From Oscillospiraceae bacterium (GTDB taxonomy: Bacteria > Bacillota > Clostridia > UBA1381 > UBA9506): a DNA stretch of 64,000 bases. Below are positions 45,337 through 55,258 of this stretch, in pieces (position 1 is the stretch's first letter; every line of letters starts with the position of its first letter). The stretch is taken from the NCBI GenBank assembly GCA_015068905.1, contig SVJQ01000005.1:35746-99745 (forward strand). Reading direction: 5' to 3'. The translations under genes and the position numbers were made by a program. The notes beneath the pieces are model-generated. The model was given only the letters and a program-made list of their open reading frames with translations. It searched no databases and was not told the origin of the DNA.

Positions 45337-45369
45337 AACGGAACCCTTTTGAATTTTTGAGGTGAAAGA

Positions 45370-46023
45370 ATGAATATATTATTTTTAGTTGGATGTCTTT
45401 TGTTTGGTTACTTGCTGGGAAGCTTTAATGCCTCTATTATTTTCAGCAGAGTAAAAGGATCAGATATTCGCAATCAGGGTAGTAAAAATGCCGGTTTGAC
45501 CAATGCATTGCGTGTGTTTGGCAAGAAGGCGGCAGTGTTTGTATTTATTTTTGATTTACTAAAAGCAATCGTTTCGGCTGCTGTTGCTGTCTATGTTGCC
45601 AAAAAGCTTTTCCCCGAGATGTCACAAATGAAGGAACTTGCAAAATATATAGCAGGCTTTGGTGCTGTTTTGGGTCATAACTTTCCCCTGTATTTTGGCT
45701 TTAAGGGTGGCAAAGGGATTTTGGCATCCTGGGGCGTTATTATGATTTTTGACTGGCGCATTGCTATCATGTTAATTGTTGTATTCCTTTTAGTGGTGCT
45801 GTCAACCCGATATGTATCTTTGGCATCGGTTATCAGCTCTATTTTGTTCCCGATTTTTGTAATTGCATTGAACATTGGTGCTCCTGATGAAACAACCGGT
45901 GTGTATATAATCATCTCTGTTCTGATGGCAGTTTTGGCGGTTTACCGTCACAGAGCGAACATCAGTCGCCTGCTTTCGGGAACAGAATCAAAGCTTGGTG
46001 CTAAAAATGACAAAAAGGAGTAA
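45370..46023 (+). CDS. plsY: glycerol-3-phosphate acyltransferase (acyl-phosphate dependent)
   Basis: GS.N.S...SR, GSKN.G.TN and HNFP..FGFKGGKG motifs. Confidence 0.9.
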   Translation: MNILFLVGCLLFGYLLGSFNASIIFSRVKGSDIRNQGSKNAGLTNALRVFGKKAAVFVFIFDLLKAIVSAAVAVYVAKKLFPEMSQMKELAKYIAGFGAVLGHNFPLYFGFKGGKGILASWGVIMIFDWRIAIMLIVVFLLVVLSTRYVSLASVISSILFPIFVIALNIGAPDETTGVYIIISVLMAVLAVYRHRANISRLLSGTESKLGAKNDKKE

Positions 46024-46027
46024 GGTT

Positions 46028-47035
46028 ATGAAACAGATTGCAGTTGTTGGTTCAGGCGGCTGGGGAACAGCCATTGCTTCATTGCTTGCTAAGAACGGCC
46101 ATAATGTTATGCTGTGGTCTTATCTTCAGGCTGAATCTGAAGCTCTTTCTAAAGATAAAGAAAATAAGCGGTTTTTGCCCGGTGTTATGTTGCCTGACAA
46201 CATTTCATACACAACATCCTTAGAAGAGGCAGCAAAATTTGCCGAAATCATCGTTATGGTGACGCCTTCTCAGGCAATTAAGAAAACGGCAGAGTCACTG
46301 GCGGCCTATGTAAAGCCGGGGACTATTATTGTGACTGCATCAAAGGGGCTTGAGCAGGAAACTCAGAAGCGCTTGTCTGAAGTGGTTTCAGAGGCAATTC
46401 CGCAGGCGAAGGTTGCGGTTATGTCCGGTCCTTCTCACGCTGAAGAGGTTGGCAGAGAATTGCCGACAACCAATGTGATTGCGTCTGGCGATATTATGCT
46501 TTCTCAGTATCTGCAGGATATTTTTATGTGTGACACCTTCCGCGTATACACCGGTCAGGATATGGTCGGCGTTGAACTGGGCGGCGCACTGAAAAACGTC
46601 ATTGCGCTGTGTGCCGGTATTACCGACGGCTTAGGACTTGGTGATAATGCCAAGGCAGCACTGATGACCCGTGGCATGGCAGAAATTACTCGTTTGGGCG
46701 TGGCTATGGGTGCTGACCCCATGACCTTTCTCGGTCTTGCAGGTATGGGCGACTTGATTGTAACCTGTACCAGTATGCATTCAAGAAACAGACGTGCCGG
46801 TATTTTGATTGGTCAGGGCAAGAGCCCTGAGCAGGCAGTTGAAGAAGTAAAAATGGTTGTAGAAGGTTTTTACACCACAAAAGCTGCATATTTGCTTGCT
46901 AAAAAGATGAATGTTGAAATGCCGATTGTTGAGCAGGCATACGGCGTTTTGTTTGAAGGTAAGGACCCGAAGACGGCTGTTATGAGCCTGATGGTTCGTG
47001 ATAAAAAGCACGAAACGGAGCAGGATATCCGCTAG
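46028..47035 (+). CDS. gpsA: NAD(P)H-dependent glycerol-3-phosphate dehydrogenase
   Basis: GSGGWGTA Rossmann motif, GALKNVIA. der-plsY-gpsA synteny. Confidence 0.95.
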   Translation: MKQIAVVGSGGWGTAIASLLAKNGHNVMLWSYLQAESEALSKDKENKRFLPGVMLPDNISYTTSLEEAAKFAEIIVMVTPSQAIKKTAESLAAYVKPGTIIVTASKGLEQETQKRLSEVVSEAIPQAKVAVMSGPSHAEEVGRELPTTNVIASGDIMLSQYLQDIFMCDTFRVYTGQDMVGVELGGALKNVIALCAGITDGLGLGDNAKAALMTRGMAEITRLGVAMGADPMTFLGLAGMGDLIVTCTSMHSRNRRAGILIGQGKSPEQAVEEVKMVVEGFYTTKAAYLLAKKMNVEMPIVEQAYGVLFEGKDPKTAVMSLMVRDKKHETEQDIR

Positions 47036-47073
47036 TGCAGCACGTCAAATGAATCGAAGTTGGAGAAAAAGCT

Positions 47074-48192
47074 ATGTTTGAAAGATTTTTTAAGAAAAAA
47101 CAGCAGGATATGTCCCTTTCTGACATTGAAAAAATTGTTGAAAAGGCAATTGAGGAAGAAAGTAAAAGTCCGGTTGATTCGACCTTGGCTGAAGAAAGTG
47201 CCCCTGTGGCAGTTGTTTCAGATGAAAAGCCGGTAGAGGAGACTGTCCCTGAAGAAACTCAGGAAACGAAAAAAGGCTTTTTCGGCCGTTTAAAAGCAGG
47301 TCTCGGCAAAACGAGAAATGCCATTTCTGAAAAGGTAGATGCAGTTTTAAGCTCTCTGGGTAAGGTGGATGAAGACTTATATGAAGAGCTTGAAGAAGCG
47401 CTGATTATGTCAGATATCGGCACCGACACCTCTATGTACATTATCTCGCTTTTAAGAGAACGTGCGAAAAAACAGGGCATTACAGAAGCTGCAGGCTTAA
47501 AAAATCTGCTTCGTGAGATTGTTGAAGAAATTTTGTCAGCGCAGGATACAACTCTGCATCTTGATGCAAGTCCTGCTGTGATTATGGTTATCGGTGTAAA
47601 CGGTGTGGGCAAAACCACATCTATTGGTAAGCTTGCACACTACTATAAAAGTCAGGGCAAAAAGGTTGTTTTAGCAGCAGGAGATACCTTCCGTGCGGCG
47701 GCGATTGACCAGCTGGAAATCTGGGCAGACCGTGCCGGTGTTGAGATTGTTAAACATCAGGAGGGCTCTGACCCGTCTGCTGTGGTGTTTGACAGTATCA
47801 AGGCGGCAAAAGCGAGAGGCGCCGACATTGTGATTTGTGATACGGCAGGTCGCTTGCATAACAAAAAGAACCTGATGGAAGAACTGAAGAAAACAGCCCG
47901 TGTCATTGAACGAGAGACCGGTGGCTCACAGGGCGAGGTCTTGTTGGTTTTAGATGCATCCACAGGTCAGAACGCATTGGTGCAAACCCGTGAATTTAAG
48001 CAGGCAGCAGGCATTACCGGTGTAATTTTAACAAAGCTTGACGGCACTGCCAAAGGCGGCGTGATTTTGCCACTTTCACGGGAACAGGGTATTGGTGTTA
48101 AATTCATCGGTGTAGGTGAACAAATGGACGATTTGCGTCCCTTTGACCCTCACGAATTTGCTGAAGCTTTGTTCCCTTCGGAAGATAAATAA
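47074..48192 (+). CDS. ftsY: signal recognition particle receptor FtsY
   Basis: Acidic N-domain, NG domain with [14 protein letters not shown] and TKLDG. Confidence 0.95.
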   Translation: MFERFFKKKQQDMSLSDIEKIVEKAIEEESKSPVDSTLAEESAPVAVVSDEKPVEETVPEETQETKKGFFGRLKAGLGKTRNAISEKVDAVLSSLGKVDEDLYEELEEALIMSDIGTDTSMYIISLLRERAKKQGITEAAGLKNLLREIVEEILSAQDTTLHLDASPAVIMVIGVNGVGKTTSIGKLAHYYKSQGKKVVLAAGDTFRAAAIDQLEIWADRAGVEIVKHQEGSDPSAVVFDSIKAAKARGADIVICDTAGRLHNKKNLMEELKKTARVIERETGGSQGEVLLVLDASTGQNALVQTREFKQAAGITGVILTKLDGTAKGGVILPLSREQGIGVKFIGVGEQMDDLRPFDPHEFAEALFPSEDK

Positions 48193-48232
48193 CAACCGAA
48201 TGGATGTAATTTTGATTTTGGTAAAAAAATGC

Positions 48233-48347
48233 TTGTATTTTGAAGAAAAATATTATATAATTAATTGGCAAATGTGCAAAGAGAAAGGGCGGTCCGCTGC
48301 TTGCTTGTTCAGGTAAGAACGTCGCGCACAGAGAGGAGGACAAACAG
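48233..48347 (+). promoter_or_regulatory. rplS promoter (TTGTAT, 17 nt, TATAAT at 48233-48261) and about 80-nt leader, candidate L19 autoregulatory leader
   Basis: Promoter read directly. An L19 leader is known upstream of rplS in Firmicutes, but I cannot verify the consensus here. Confidence 0.35.
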
Positions 48348-48692
48348 ATGGACGTAATTAAAGCATTAACACAAGATCAGATCAGAACTGACCTGCCGAA
48401 GCTGGAAATCGGTAGCACCGTTAAGGTACATGTTAAGGTAAAAGAAGGTAACAGAGAAAGAATTCAGATTTTCGAAGGAACCATCATTAAGGTTCAGAAT
48501 GGCGGAATTCAGCAGACTTTTACTGTTAGACGTATTTCCTACGGTATCGGCGTAGAAAGAACTTTCCCCGTAAATTCTCCCAAAATTGCTAAAATTGAGG
48601 TTGTAAGACTGGGTAAGGTAAGAAGAGCTAGACTGTTCTATTTAAGAGATAGAGTAGGTAAGGCTGCTAAGGTCAAAGAGAAATTAAGATAA
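48348..48692 (+). CDS. rplS: 50S ribosomal protein L19
   Basis: F..GD.V.V.V...EG.RER.Q.FEG..I......G...TFTVR motifs. Confidence 0.95.
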   Translation: MDVIKALTQDQIRTDLPKLEIGSTVKVHVKVKEGNRERIQIFEGTIIKVQNGGIQQTFTVRRISYGIGVERTFPVNSPKIAKIEVVRLGKVRRARLFYLRDRVGKAAKVKEKLR

Positions 48693-48718
48693 GTTGTGAC
48701 TTATCGTCGGGGGGTGTT

Positions 48719-48771
48719 ATCAAAGAAACGCAAGGTTATTTCGTTTCTTTGATGTGCCCTCTTTGTTTTTT
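48719..48771 (+). terminator. hairpin/terminator after rplS
   Basis: 12-bp stem ATCAAAGAAACG / CGTTTCTTTGAT, with a T-run about 15 nt downstream. Confidence 0.5.
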
Positions 48772-48788
48772 ATGAAAGGAAAATCATC

Positions 48789-49445
48789 ATGGATGATATT
48801 AAAGATACAAATGTTGTAGATGTAGCCAATACTGAGGGTGAAGAAAAAACTTACACTGATGCTGAGATTTTTGAAACATCAGTCCGTGAAGAGGTTGCTA
48901 CAGAAAAAAAGTCTACAAATGTTTTAAAGGAAATTTTTGAATGGGCGCAGTCGATTGCGATAGCAATGGTGCTGGCGCTGATTATTAATCAGTTCTTTTT
49001 TGCTATGGTGCAGGTAGAAGGCAGTTCAATGCTTCCGACTCTTGAATCAAAAGAGCGTTTGGTGATTACCAAGTTGTTTTACACACCGAAGGTTAAAGAC
49101 ATTGTGGTTGTCAAATCTGAGGAGTTGCAAAAATATATTATTAAACGTGTGATTGCGGTCCCCGGTGATGTGGTAGATTATGACGCTCAAACCCATCAGA
49201 TTACAATCAACGGCGCGGCGATTGACGAGCCTTATATTTTAGAAGATGCCTATGTCGGCGGAACCATTGCTTATCCTGTGACGGTGCCCGAAGGTCACGT
49301 TTTTGTTATGGGTGATAACCGTAACAATTCAAATGACAGCCGCAATTTAGGTATGATTTCTTATGACGATGTTGTGGGGCGTGCTGCTCTCAGAATAACG
49401 CCGTTTTCTAAATTTGGCGGTTTATACGATAACTTAGAAGAATAA
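48789..49445 (+). CDS. lepB: signal peptidase I
   Basis: VEGSSMLPTL (catalytic Ser box), IKRVIA.PGD (Lys box) and GDNR.NS.DSR. Confidence 0.9.
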   Translation: MDDIKDTNVVDVANTEGEEKTYTDAEIFETSVREEVATEKKSTNVLKEIFEWAQSIAIAMVLALIINQFFFAMVQVEGSSMLPTLESKERLVITKLFYTPKVKDIVVVKSEELQKYIIKRVIAVPGDVVDYDAQTHQITINGAAIDEPYILEDAYVGGTIAYPVTVPEGHVFVMGDNRNNSNDSRNLGMISYDDVVGRAALRITPFSKFGGLYDNLEE

Positions 49446-49451
49446 TTGACT

Positions 49452-49480
49452 GCCGGAACCTTCGTTCCGGCTTTCTTTCT
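49452..49480 (+). terminator. rho-independent terminator after lepB
   Basis: GCCGGAAC-cttc-GTTCCGGC followed by TTTCTTTCT. Confidence 0.7.
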
Positions 49481-49493
49481 ATAGGAGGCAGTT

Positions 49494-50354
49494 ATGAATA
49501 TTCAATGGTTTCCGGGGCATATGGCAAAGACCCGGCGCTTGATTGGTGAAAATTTAAAGCTTGTTGACCTTGTTGTTGAACTTTTGGATGCAAGAGCCCC
49601 TCTTTCATCACGAAACCCTGATATCGATGCGATTTGTGGGCAAAAGCCAAGACTTTTGATATTGAATAAGTCGGATTTGGCAGACCCGACCGAAAATGAA
49701 AAATGGCTTGCCTATTTTAGAACGCGGGGGCTTTCTGCTATATTATTTGACAGCGTGCATTCAAAAAGCACCAAGCAGGTTACTGATACCGTGCGCGGCT
49801 TACTTACAGAACAGTTAAAACGGCAAGAAGAACGCGGTATGAAAAACCGCGCGCTAAAGCTGATGATTGTTGGCATTCCCAATGTGGGTAAGTCCTCTTT
49901 TATTAACCGCTTAGCCGGCAGAAGTGCGGCAATCAGCGGCGACAGACCGGGAGTAACCAAGGGCAAACAGTGGATAAAACTGTCCGGCGGATTAGAACTT
50001 TTAGACACCCCCGGTGTTTTGTGGCCAAAATTTGAGGACGAAGCGGTTGGTCTTCGCCTTGCCTTTTCCGGTGCGATTAAAGACGAGATTATGGATACTG
50101 AAACCTTAGGCGCTAAGCTGGTAGAGGCTCTGTGTGAAAGAGCGCCTGAAGCCCTTATGGCACGTTATAAGCTTGAAAGTCTTGACTTTGAAAACGGCTT
50201 TTACGGCTTGGAGGCTATTGCTAAAAAGCGTGGCTTTATTGTGTCAAAAGGTGAATATGATATTTTGCGTGCGGCACAGATTGTATTAGATGAGTTCAGA
50301 AGTGCCAAAATCGGCAGAATCACGCTGGAGTCTGTGGAGGGGGAAGATATATGA
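49494..50354 (+). CDS. rbgA: ribosome biogenesis GTPase YlqF/RbgA
   Basis: Circularly permuted GTPase: IQWFPGHM, NKSDL and GIPNVGKSS. Confidence 0.9.
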   Translation: MNIQWFPGHMAKTRRLIGENLKLVDLVVELLDARAPLSSRNPDIDAICGQKPRLLILNKSDLADPTENEKWLAYFRTRGLSAILFDSVHSKSTKQVTDTVRGLLTEQLKRQEERGMKNRALKLMIVGIPNVGKSSFINRLAGRSAAISGDRPGVTKGKQWIKLSGGLELLDTPGVLWPKFEDEAVGLRLAFSGAIKDEIMDTETLGAKLVEALCERAPEALMARYKLESLDFENGFYGLEAIAKKRGFIVSKGEYDILRAAQIVLDEFRSAKIGRITLESVEGEDI

Positions 50355-50971
50355 CCCGTGCAGAGTTTGATCAACAGTTTTTAAATGAGAATGTTCGCCT
50401 GCTTTGCGGCGTGGATGAAGCAGGACGTGGTCCGCTAGCCGGTGCTGTGTTCGCGGCGGCGGTTATTTTGCCTGAAGATTTTTATATGGAGGAAATTAAC
50501 GACTCCAAGGCGTTGACAGAGAAAAAACGAGAAGCGTTGTTTCCTGTTATTTGTGAAAAGGCTTTAGCTTATTCCATTGCCAGAGTGAATGAAGATGTGA
50601 TTGACGAAATCAACATCTTAAACGCCACTATGATGGCGATGCGGAATGCAATTGAAGGGCTGTCTGTAAAGCCTGATATGATTCTCGTTGACGGTAACAT
50701 CAGCCGCAACCTGCCGGAGCCGAACTTGTGCGTAAAAAAAGGTGATTCTCTCAGCCAATCCATTGCTGCGGCATCCATCTTAGCCAAGGTGGTAAGAGAC
50801 AGATATTGCAAGGAAGAGCTGGCGATAGAATACCCAGCCTATGGCTTTGAAAAGCACAAAGGTTATGGCAGTAAAAAGCATTGTGAGCTTTTGTGTACCC
50901 TTGGCCCCTGCAAGGCACACAGAAAAACCTTTATCGGAAAAATTCTGGCAAAGGGGCAGGAGCTATGCTGA
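50351..50971 (+). CDS. rnhB: ribonuclease HII
   Basis: GVDEAGRGPLAGAV, DSK.L and the SIAAASILAK motif. Confidence 0.95.
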   Translation: MTRAEFDQQFLNENVRLLCGVDEAGRGPLAGAVFAAAVILPEDFYMEEINDSKALTEKKREALFPVICEKALAYSIARVNEDVIDEINILNATMMAMRNAIEGLSVKPDMILVDGNISRNLPEPNLCVKKGDSLSQSIAAASILAKVVRDRYCKEELAIEYPAYGFEKHKGYGSKKHCELLCTLGPCKAHRKTFIGKILAKGQELC

Positions 50972-51333
50972 CACAAAACATTGGTCAGGCAGGGGAAAAA
51001 GCCGCTTGTAAGTACCTTAAAAAGCAAGGCTATAAGATTTTAGAGTGTAATTACAAGTGTTATTCCGGTAAAATGGTTGGTGAAATTGATATTGTTGCCC
51101 AAAAGGGAGACACCATCTATTTTGTTGAAGTAAAAACCCGTAAAAACGAGGAGTTTGGTTTGCCCTGTGAGGCTGTTACTAAAAGCAAACAGCACAAACT
51201 GATTCGAACAGCATATACATATATTGCAGAGCATAATTTAGACTGTAACTACAGCTTTGATATTGTAGAGGCTTTTCACAACGATAAAAAAATTGTATCT
51301 GTCAGACACATTCCCGGAGCGTTCACTCTGTAA
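50965..51333 (+). CDS. YraN family (UPF0102) endonuclease-like protein
   Basis: G...E..A..YL...GY.IL..N.......GEIDI.A......FVEVK.R motif. The ATG at 50965 overlaps the rnhB end. Confidence 0.85.
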   Translation: MLTQNIGQAGEKAACKYLKKQGYKILECNYKCYSGKMVGEIDIVAQKGDTIYFVEVKTRKNEEFGLPCEAVTKSKQHKLIRTAYTYIAEHNLDCNYSFDIVEAFHNDKKIVSVRHIPGAFTL

Positions 51334-51523
51334 AGGTGGAGAGCTCAGCAGGTATTCAGATAGGGAAGTCCGGTAATGATTTTGAAAAAAGAAGAGCAGA
51401 TTTTTTCAAAATCAATGTAATTTTATAGAAATTTTTAGCTTTTTTGAAAAAAAGCTTGTAATTTCATTCAAAATGTATTACAATATAGAATGTTATTTTA
51501 TTTGACAGAAAGAGGTATTGTCT

Positions 51524-52708
51524 ATGTACGTGTCTGAAAAGGCGAAAAGCATTAAAGCATCAACAACGCTTGCCATTGACTCTAAGTTTAAGGCTATGAA
51601 GGCTGAGGGTCTTGATGTGGTAGGTTTTGGTGCCGGTGAACCGGATTTTGATACACCGGACTATATAAAGAAAGCGGCGATTGAAGCCATCAATGCCGGC
51701 AAAACAAAGTACACACCGGCTGCCGGTACAATGGAAGTGAGAAAGGCGGTTGCTGAAAAGTTCAGCCGCGAAAACGGCCTCTCCTATGAACCGACGCAGA
51801 TTGTGGTTTCAAACGGTGCAAAGCACTCCCTTGTTAATGCCTTTATGGCAATTTTAAACCCCGGCGATGAAGTTATTATCCCGGCGCCCTTCTGGGTCAG
51901 CTACCCTGAAATGGTCAAGCTGGCTGACGGTGTGCCTGTTATTGTTGATTCTACTGAAGAAGCTGATTTTAAAGTAACAGTGGCAGCACTGGAAAAAGCT
52001 TTGACACCTAAAACCCGTGCCTTGGTTTTAAACAGCCCCTCAAACCCCACCGGTATGGTGTATACTGCGGAGGAACTGAAGGCGATTGCTGATTTTGCTG
52101 TGAAAAATGATATCTATGTGATTTCTGATGAAATTTACGAACACCTGATTTATGAAGGTAAGCATGTGAGCATCGCATCCTTTGGTGAGGATATTAAAAA
52201 CCGCACCATTATCATTAACGGTGTTTCCAAAACATACGCTATGACAGGTTGGAGAATTGGTTTTGCGGCGGCAGCACCTGAAATTGCCAAAATTATGGCA
52301 AATGTGCAGTCCCATGCTTCTTCTAACCCCAACTCCATTGCACAGGCTGCAACAGTTGCGGCACTTTCCGGCGGTATGGATGAAATTGAAGTGATGAAAA
52401 AGGCCTTTGTAGAGCGCCGTAACTATATGGTTGACAGAATCAACAGCATTGATGGTGTTTCCTGCAAAAAGCCCAACGGTGCCTTTTATGTGCTGATGAA
52501 CATCTCTAAAATCAAGGGCAAAACCATTGCCGGCAAAGTGATTAACACATCAGACGATTTTGCAGAGCTCTTCCTGCAGGAAGCCAAGGTTGCAGTTGTG
52601 CCTTGCAGTGGTTTTGGTGATGATAATTTTGTTCGCTGGTCTTATGCCGTTTCTATGGATACAATCCGCGAAGGTCTTGACAGATTGGAAAAGTTTTTAG
52701 CAATGTAA
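51524..52708 (+). CDS. pyridoxal-phosphate-dependent aminotransferase (aspartate aminotransferase-like, class I)
   Basis: GEPDFDTP, NPSNPTG and SKTYAMTGWRIG (PLP lysine) motifs. Confidence 0.9.
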   Translation: MYVSEKAKSIKASTTLAIDSKFKAMKAEGLDVVGFGAGEPDFDTPDYIKKAAIEAINAGKTKYTPAAGTMEVRKAVAEKFSRENGLSYEPTQIVVSNGAKHSLVNAFMAILNPGDEVIIPAPFWVSYPEMVKLADGVPVIVDSTEEADFKVTVAALEKALTPKTRALVLNSPSNPTGMVYTAEELKAIADFAVKNDIYVISDEIYEHLIYEGKHVSIASFGEDIKNRTIIINGVSKTYAMTGWRIGFAAAAPEIAKIMANVQSHASSNPNSIAQAATVAALSGGMDEIEVMKKAFVERRNYMVDRINSIDGVSCKKPNGAFYVLMNISKIKGKTIAGKVINTSDDFAELFLQEAKVAVVPCSGFGDDNFVRWSYAVSMDTIREGLDRLEKFLAM

Positions 52709-52719
52709 TGTGTTCAATG

Positions 52720-52751
52720 AAAAAACAGCCTGTAAAAGGCTGTTTTTTTTA
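52720..52751 (+). terminator. rho-independent terminator
   Basis: ACAGCCT-gtaaa-AGGCTGT followed by TTTTTTTT. Confidence 0.8.
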
Positions 52752-52792
52752 TGTACTTTTCTTGGATATTTTGCATAAAAACCATAAAAACA

Positions 52793-52821
52793 TTGACTTA
52801 TTTCTATAAAAGAGTTATAAT
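52793..52821 (+). promoter_or_regulatory. sigma-A type promoter at the head of the polysaccharide locus
   Basis: TTGACT, 17 nt, TATAAT. Confidence 0.55.
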
Positions 52822-52896
52822 ATAAATAATTATGTTATTTTTATGATATTATGTGTTTTTTATGTCTAAAAACATTCTTCAGAGGTGTGTTATATT

Positions 52897-54084
52897 ATGA
52901 TAAAGCCTTTTGAAAACAAGGTTTGGCTGGCGACGCCGACCATGCACGGCGATGAGCTTACATACATGAAAGAAGCGTATGAAACCAACTGGATGTCTAC
53001 CATTGGTGCCAACATCAACGAGGTTGAGCGATTAACCTGTGAATATGTGGGGTGTAAATATGCAGTTGGTTTGTCCGCCGGCACTGCAGCACTACATCTA
53101 GCGGTGAAGCTGGCAGGCGTTAAACCGGGAGATAAAGTGTTTTGCTCGGATATGACTTTTGCTGCCACAGTTAACCCTGTGGTCTTCGAAGGCGGTGTTC
53201 CTGTTTTTATTGACAGCGAGAAGGACACTTGGAACATGGATCCTAACGCGCTTGAAAAGGCTTTTTCTCTCTATCCCGATGTAAAAACCGTTGTGATGGT
53301 GCATCTTTACGGCACTCCGGCAAAAATTGATGCTATTCGTGCTATCTGCGATAAATATAGTGCAACCCTGATTGAAGATGCGGCAGAGTCTATGGGTGCA
53401 ACCTATAAGGGTAAACAAACCGGAAGTTTTGGAAATTATAATGTTATTTCTTTTAATGGTAATAAAATTATTACCGGCTCATCCGGGGGAATGCTGCTGA
53501 CTGATGACGAGGCGGCGGCACAAAAGGTTCGCAAGTGGTCAACTCAAAGCCGCGAGGCGGCTCCCTGGTATCAACACGAAGAAATGGGCTATAACTATCG
53601 TATGAGCAATGTGATTGCCGGTGTTGTAAGAGGGCAGTACCCCTATTTAGACGAGCATATTGCACGCAAAAAAGCGATTTATCAGCGCTATAAAGACGGT
53701 TTTAAAGATTTACCTGTTACTATGAACCCTTACATAGAAAATGAGATGGAGCCTAATTTCTGGCTGTCCTGCTTGCTTGTTGATAAAGACGCAATGAGCA
53801 AGCAGACGAGAACTGCTACAGAGGCAACCTTTGAAAAAGAGGCGGGGAAAAGTTGTCCCACAGAGATTTTAGAAAAATTGGCAGCATATAATGCAGAAGG
53901 CAGACCTATTTGGAAGCCTATGCACATGCAGCCGATTTATAAAGATAACGGCTTTGTATCTTGCTTTGATACACCTGCTTGTGAAGATATTTTTGAAAGA
54001 GGTCTGTGCTTGCCGTCGGATATCACAATGGCGGAGGAAGAGCAGGATATAGTGATTGAACTTATAAAAAGTTGCTTTGTGTAA
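52897..54084 (+). CDS. DegT/DnrJ/EryC1/StrS family sugar aminotransferase (PglE/WcfR-like)
   Basis: Family-typical N-terminus (VWLATPTMHG.E) and PLP lysine context SFNGNKIIT. Confidence 0.85.
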   Translation: MIKPFENKVWLATPTMHGDELTYMKEAYETNWMSTIGANINEVERLTCEYVGCKYAVGLSAGTAALHLAVKLAGVKPGDKVFCSDMTFAATVNPVVFEGGVPVFIDSEKDTWNMDPNALEKAFSLYPDVKTVVMVHLYGTPAKIDAIRAICDKYSATLIEDAAESMGATYKGKQTGSFGNYNVISFNGNKIITGSSGGMLLTDDEAAAQKVRKWSTQSREAAPWYQHEEMGYNYRMSNVIAGVVRGQYPYLDEHIARKKAIYQRYKDGFKDLPVTMNPYIENEMEPNFWLSCLLVDKDAMSKQTRTATEATFEKEAGKSCPTEILEKLAAYNAEGRPIWKPMHMQPIYKDNGFVSCFDTPACEDIFERGLCLPSDITMAEEEQDIVIELIKSCFV

Positions 54085-54101
54085 TAAAAGTGAGGTACAT
54101 A

Positions 54102-54731
54102 ATGTATAACAAGTTTTTCAAACGATTTTTCGATGTATTCCTTTCCGCGCTTGCGCTGACAGTACTTTCACCGATCTTATTGATTTTAATTATCCTTGGT
54201 GCGATTGTCATGGGCGGGAATCCTTTTTTTCTGCAGGAGCGTCCGGGTAAAAATGAAAAGATTTTTAAGCTCATTAAGTTTCGGACAATGTCTAACAAAA
54301 AGGATAAAGATGGTAATTTGCTTTCGGATGATGAGCGACTGAATCGCTATGGAAGAATTCTTAGAAAGACCAGCCTTGACGAGCTTCTGGAGTTGTTTAA
54401 TATTTTAAAAGGGGATATGAGCATAGTGGGGCCTAGACCGTTGTTAGTGGAATACCTGCCTTACTATACAGAGGAAGAAAAGAGGCGTCATAGTGTGCGC
54501 CCAGGCTTGACGGGACTTGCACAAATTAACGGTAGAAACGCTATAACCTGGGAAGAAAAGTTTACTTGGGATTTAAAATACATAGACAAAATCACTTTTT
54601 TTGGTGATGTTAAGATTATTTTTCAGACTGTTGTTAAAACTCTTATGCGAAAAGATATTTTGGTGGGAAAAGAGTTTGTAGTAGAAAAATTTATTGTTAG
54701 TCGAACAAAAGAAACAACGATTGTGGAGTAA
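54102..54731 (+). CDS. small polyprenyl-phosphate sugar-phosphate transferase (PglC/WcfS-like initiating transferase)
   Basis: KR.FD...S, PFF.QERPG, FKL.KFRTM and GDMS.VGPRP motifs. About 200 aa with a single N-terminal membrane hairpin. Confidence 0.85.
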   Translation: MYNKFFKRFFDVFLSALALTVLSPILLILIILGAIVMGGNPFFLQERPGKNEKIFKLIKFRTMSNKKDKDGNLLSDDERLNRYGRILRKTSLDELLELFNILKGDMSIVGPRPLLVEYLPYYTEEEKRRHSVRPGLTGLAQINGRNAITWEEKFTWDLKYIDKITFFGDVKIIFQTVVKTLMRKDILVGKEFVVEKFIVSRTKETTIVE

Positions 54732-54736
54732 TGCTC

Positions 54737-55258
54737 ATGTTTAGTCTATTAGAAGGGAAGCTTCTGTTACGGGAATTTCAAACTGAGGATATAGAAAATA
54801 AGGTGAAATGGATTAATGATGCAAAAAATAATCAGTATCTTCATTATGACCTTCCTCTATCAGTAGAGAAAACAATGATTTGGTTTCAGAATAAAGCCGA
54901 AAATAGGTTGGACTGCGTCATAGAATATGAAAAGGTTCCGGTCGGGCTGATAGGGCTTTTAAATATTGATCAAAAAAATAAAAAAGCAGAATTTTATATT
55001 AGCATGGGACGAGATGATTATAAGCGAAAAGGCATTGCAACTGAATCGACCAGAATGCTATTGTGTTATGCCTTTGAAGAACTTAAGATGAATAAAATAT
55101 ATTTAAATGTGGATGAGGAAAATGATGCGGCGTGCAAGCTGTATGAAAAGATTGGCTTTAGGCAGGAAGGTCGCTTTTTACAAGATTTACTTCATAGGGG
55201 AAAACTAATTAATAGGTTACGTTATGCAATCCTAAAAAATGAGTGGGGGACAGTATGA
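54737..55258 (+). CDS. GNAT family N-acetyltransferase (RimJ/RimL-like)
   Basis: LREF...D, the acetyl-CoA loop region RKGIATE, and ENDAACKLYEKIGF. Confidence 0.75.
   Translation: MFSLLEGKLLLREFQTEDIENKVKWINDAKNNQYLHYDLPLSVEKTMIWFQNKAENRLDCVIEYEKVPVGLIGLLNIDQKNKKAEFYISMGRDDYKRKGIATESTRMLLCYAFEELKMNKIYLNVDEENDAACKLYEKIGFRQEGRFLQDLLHRGKLINRLRYAILKNEWGTV

Noticed and set aside
51380-51470. AT-rich palindromes (GATTTTGAAAAAA...TTTTTTCAAAATC and AGCTTTTTTGAAAAAAAGCT) upstream of the aminotransferase gene.
   Set aside because: These are low-complexity A/T runs that readily form palindromes by chance in AT-rich spacers. They are probably just terminator/promoter context, with no further support.
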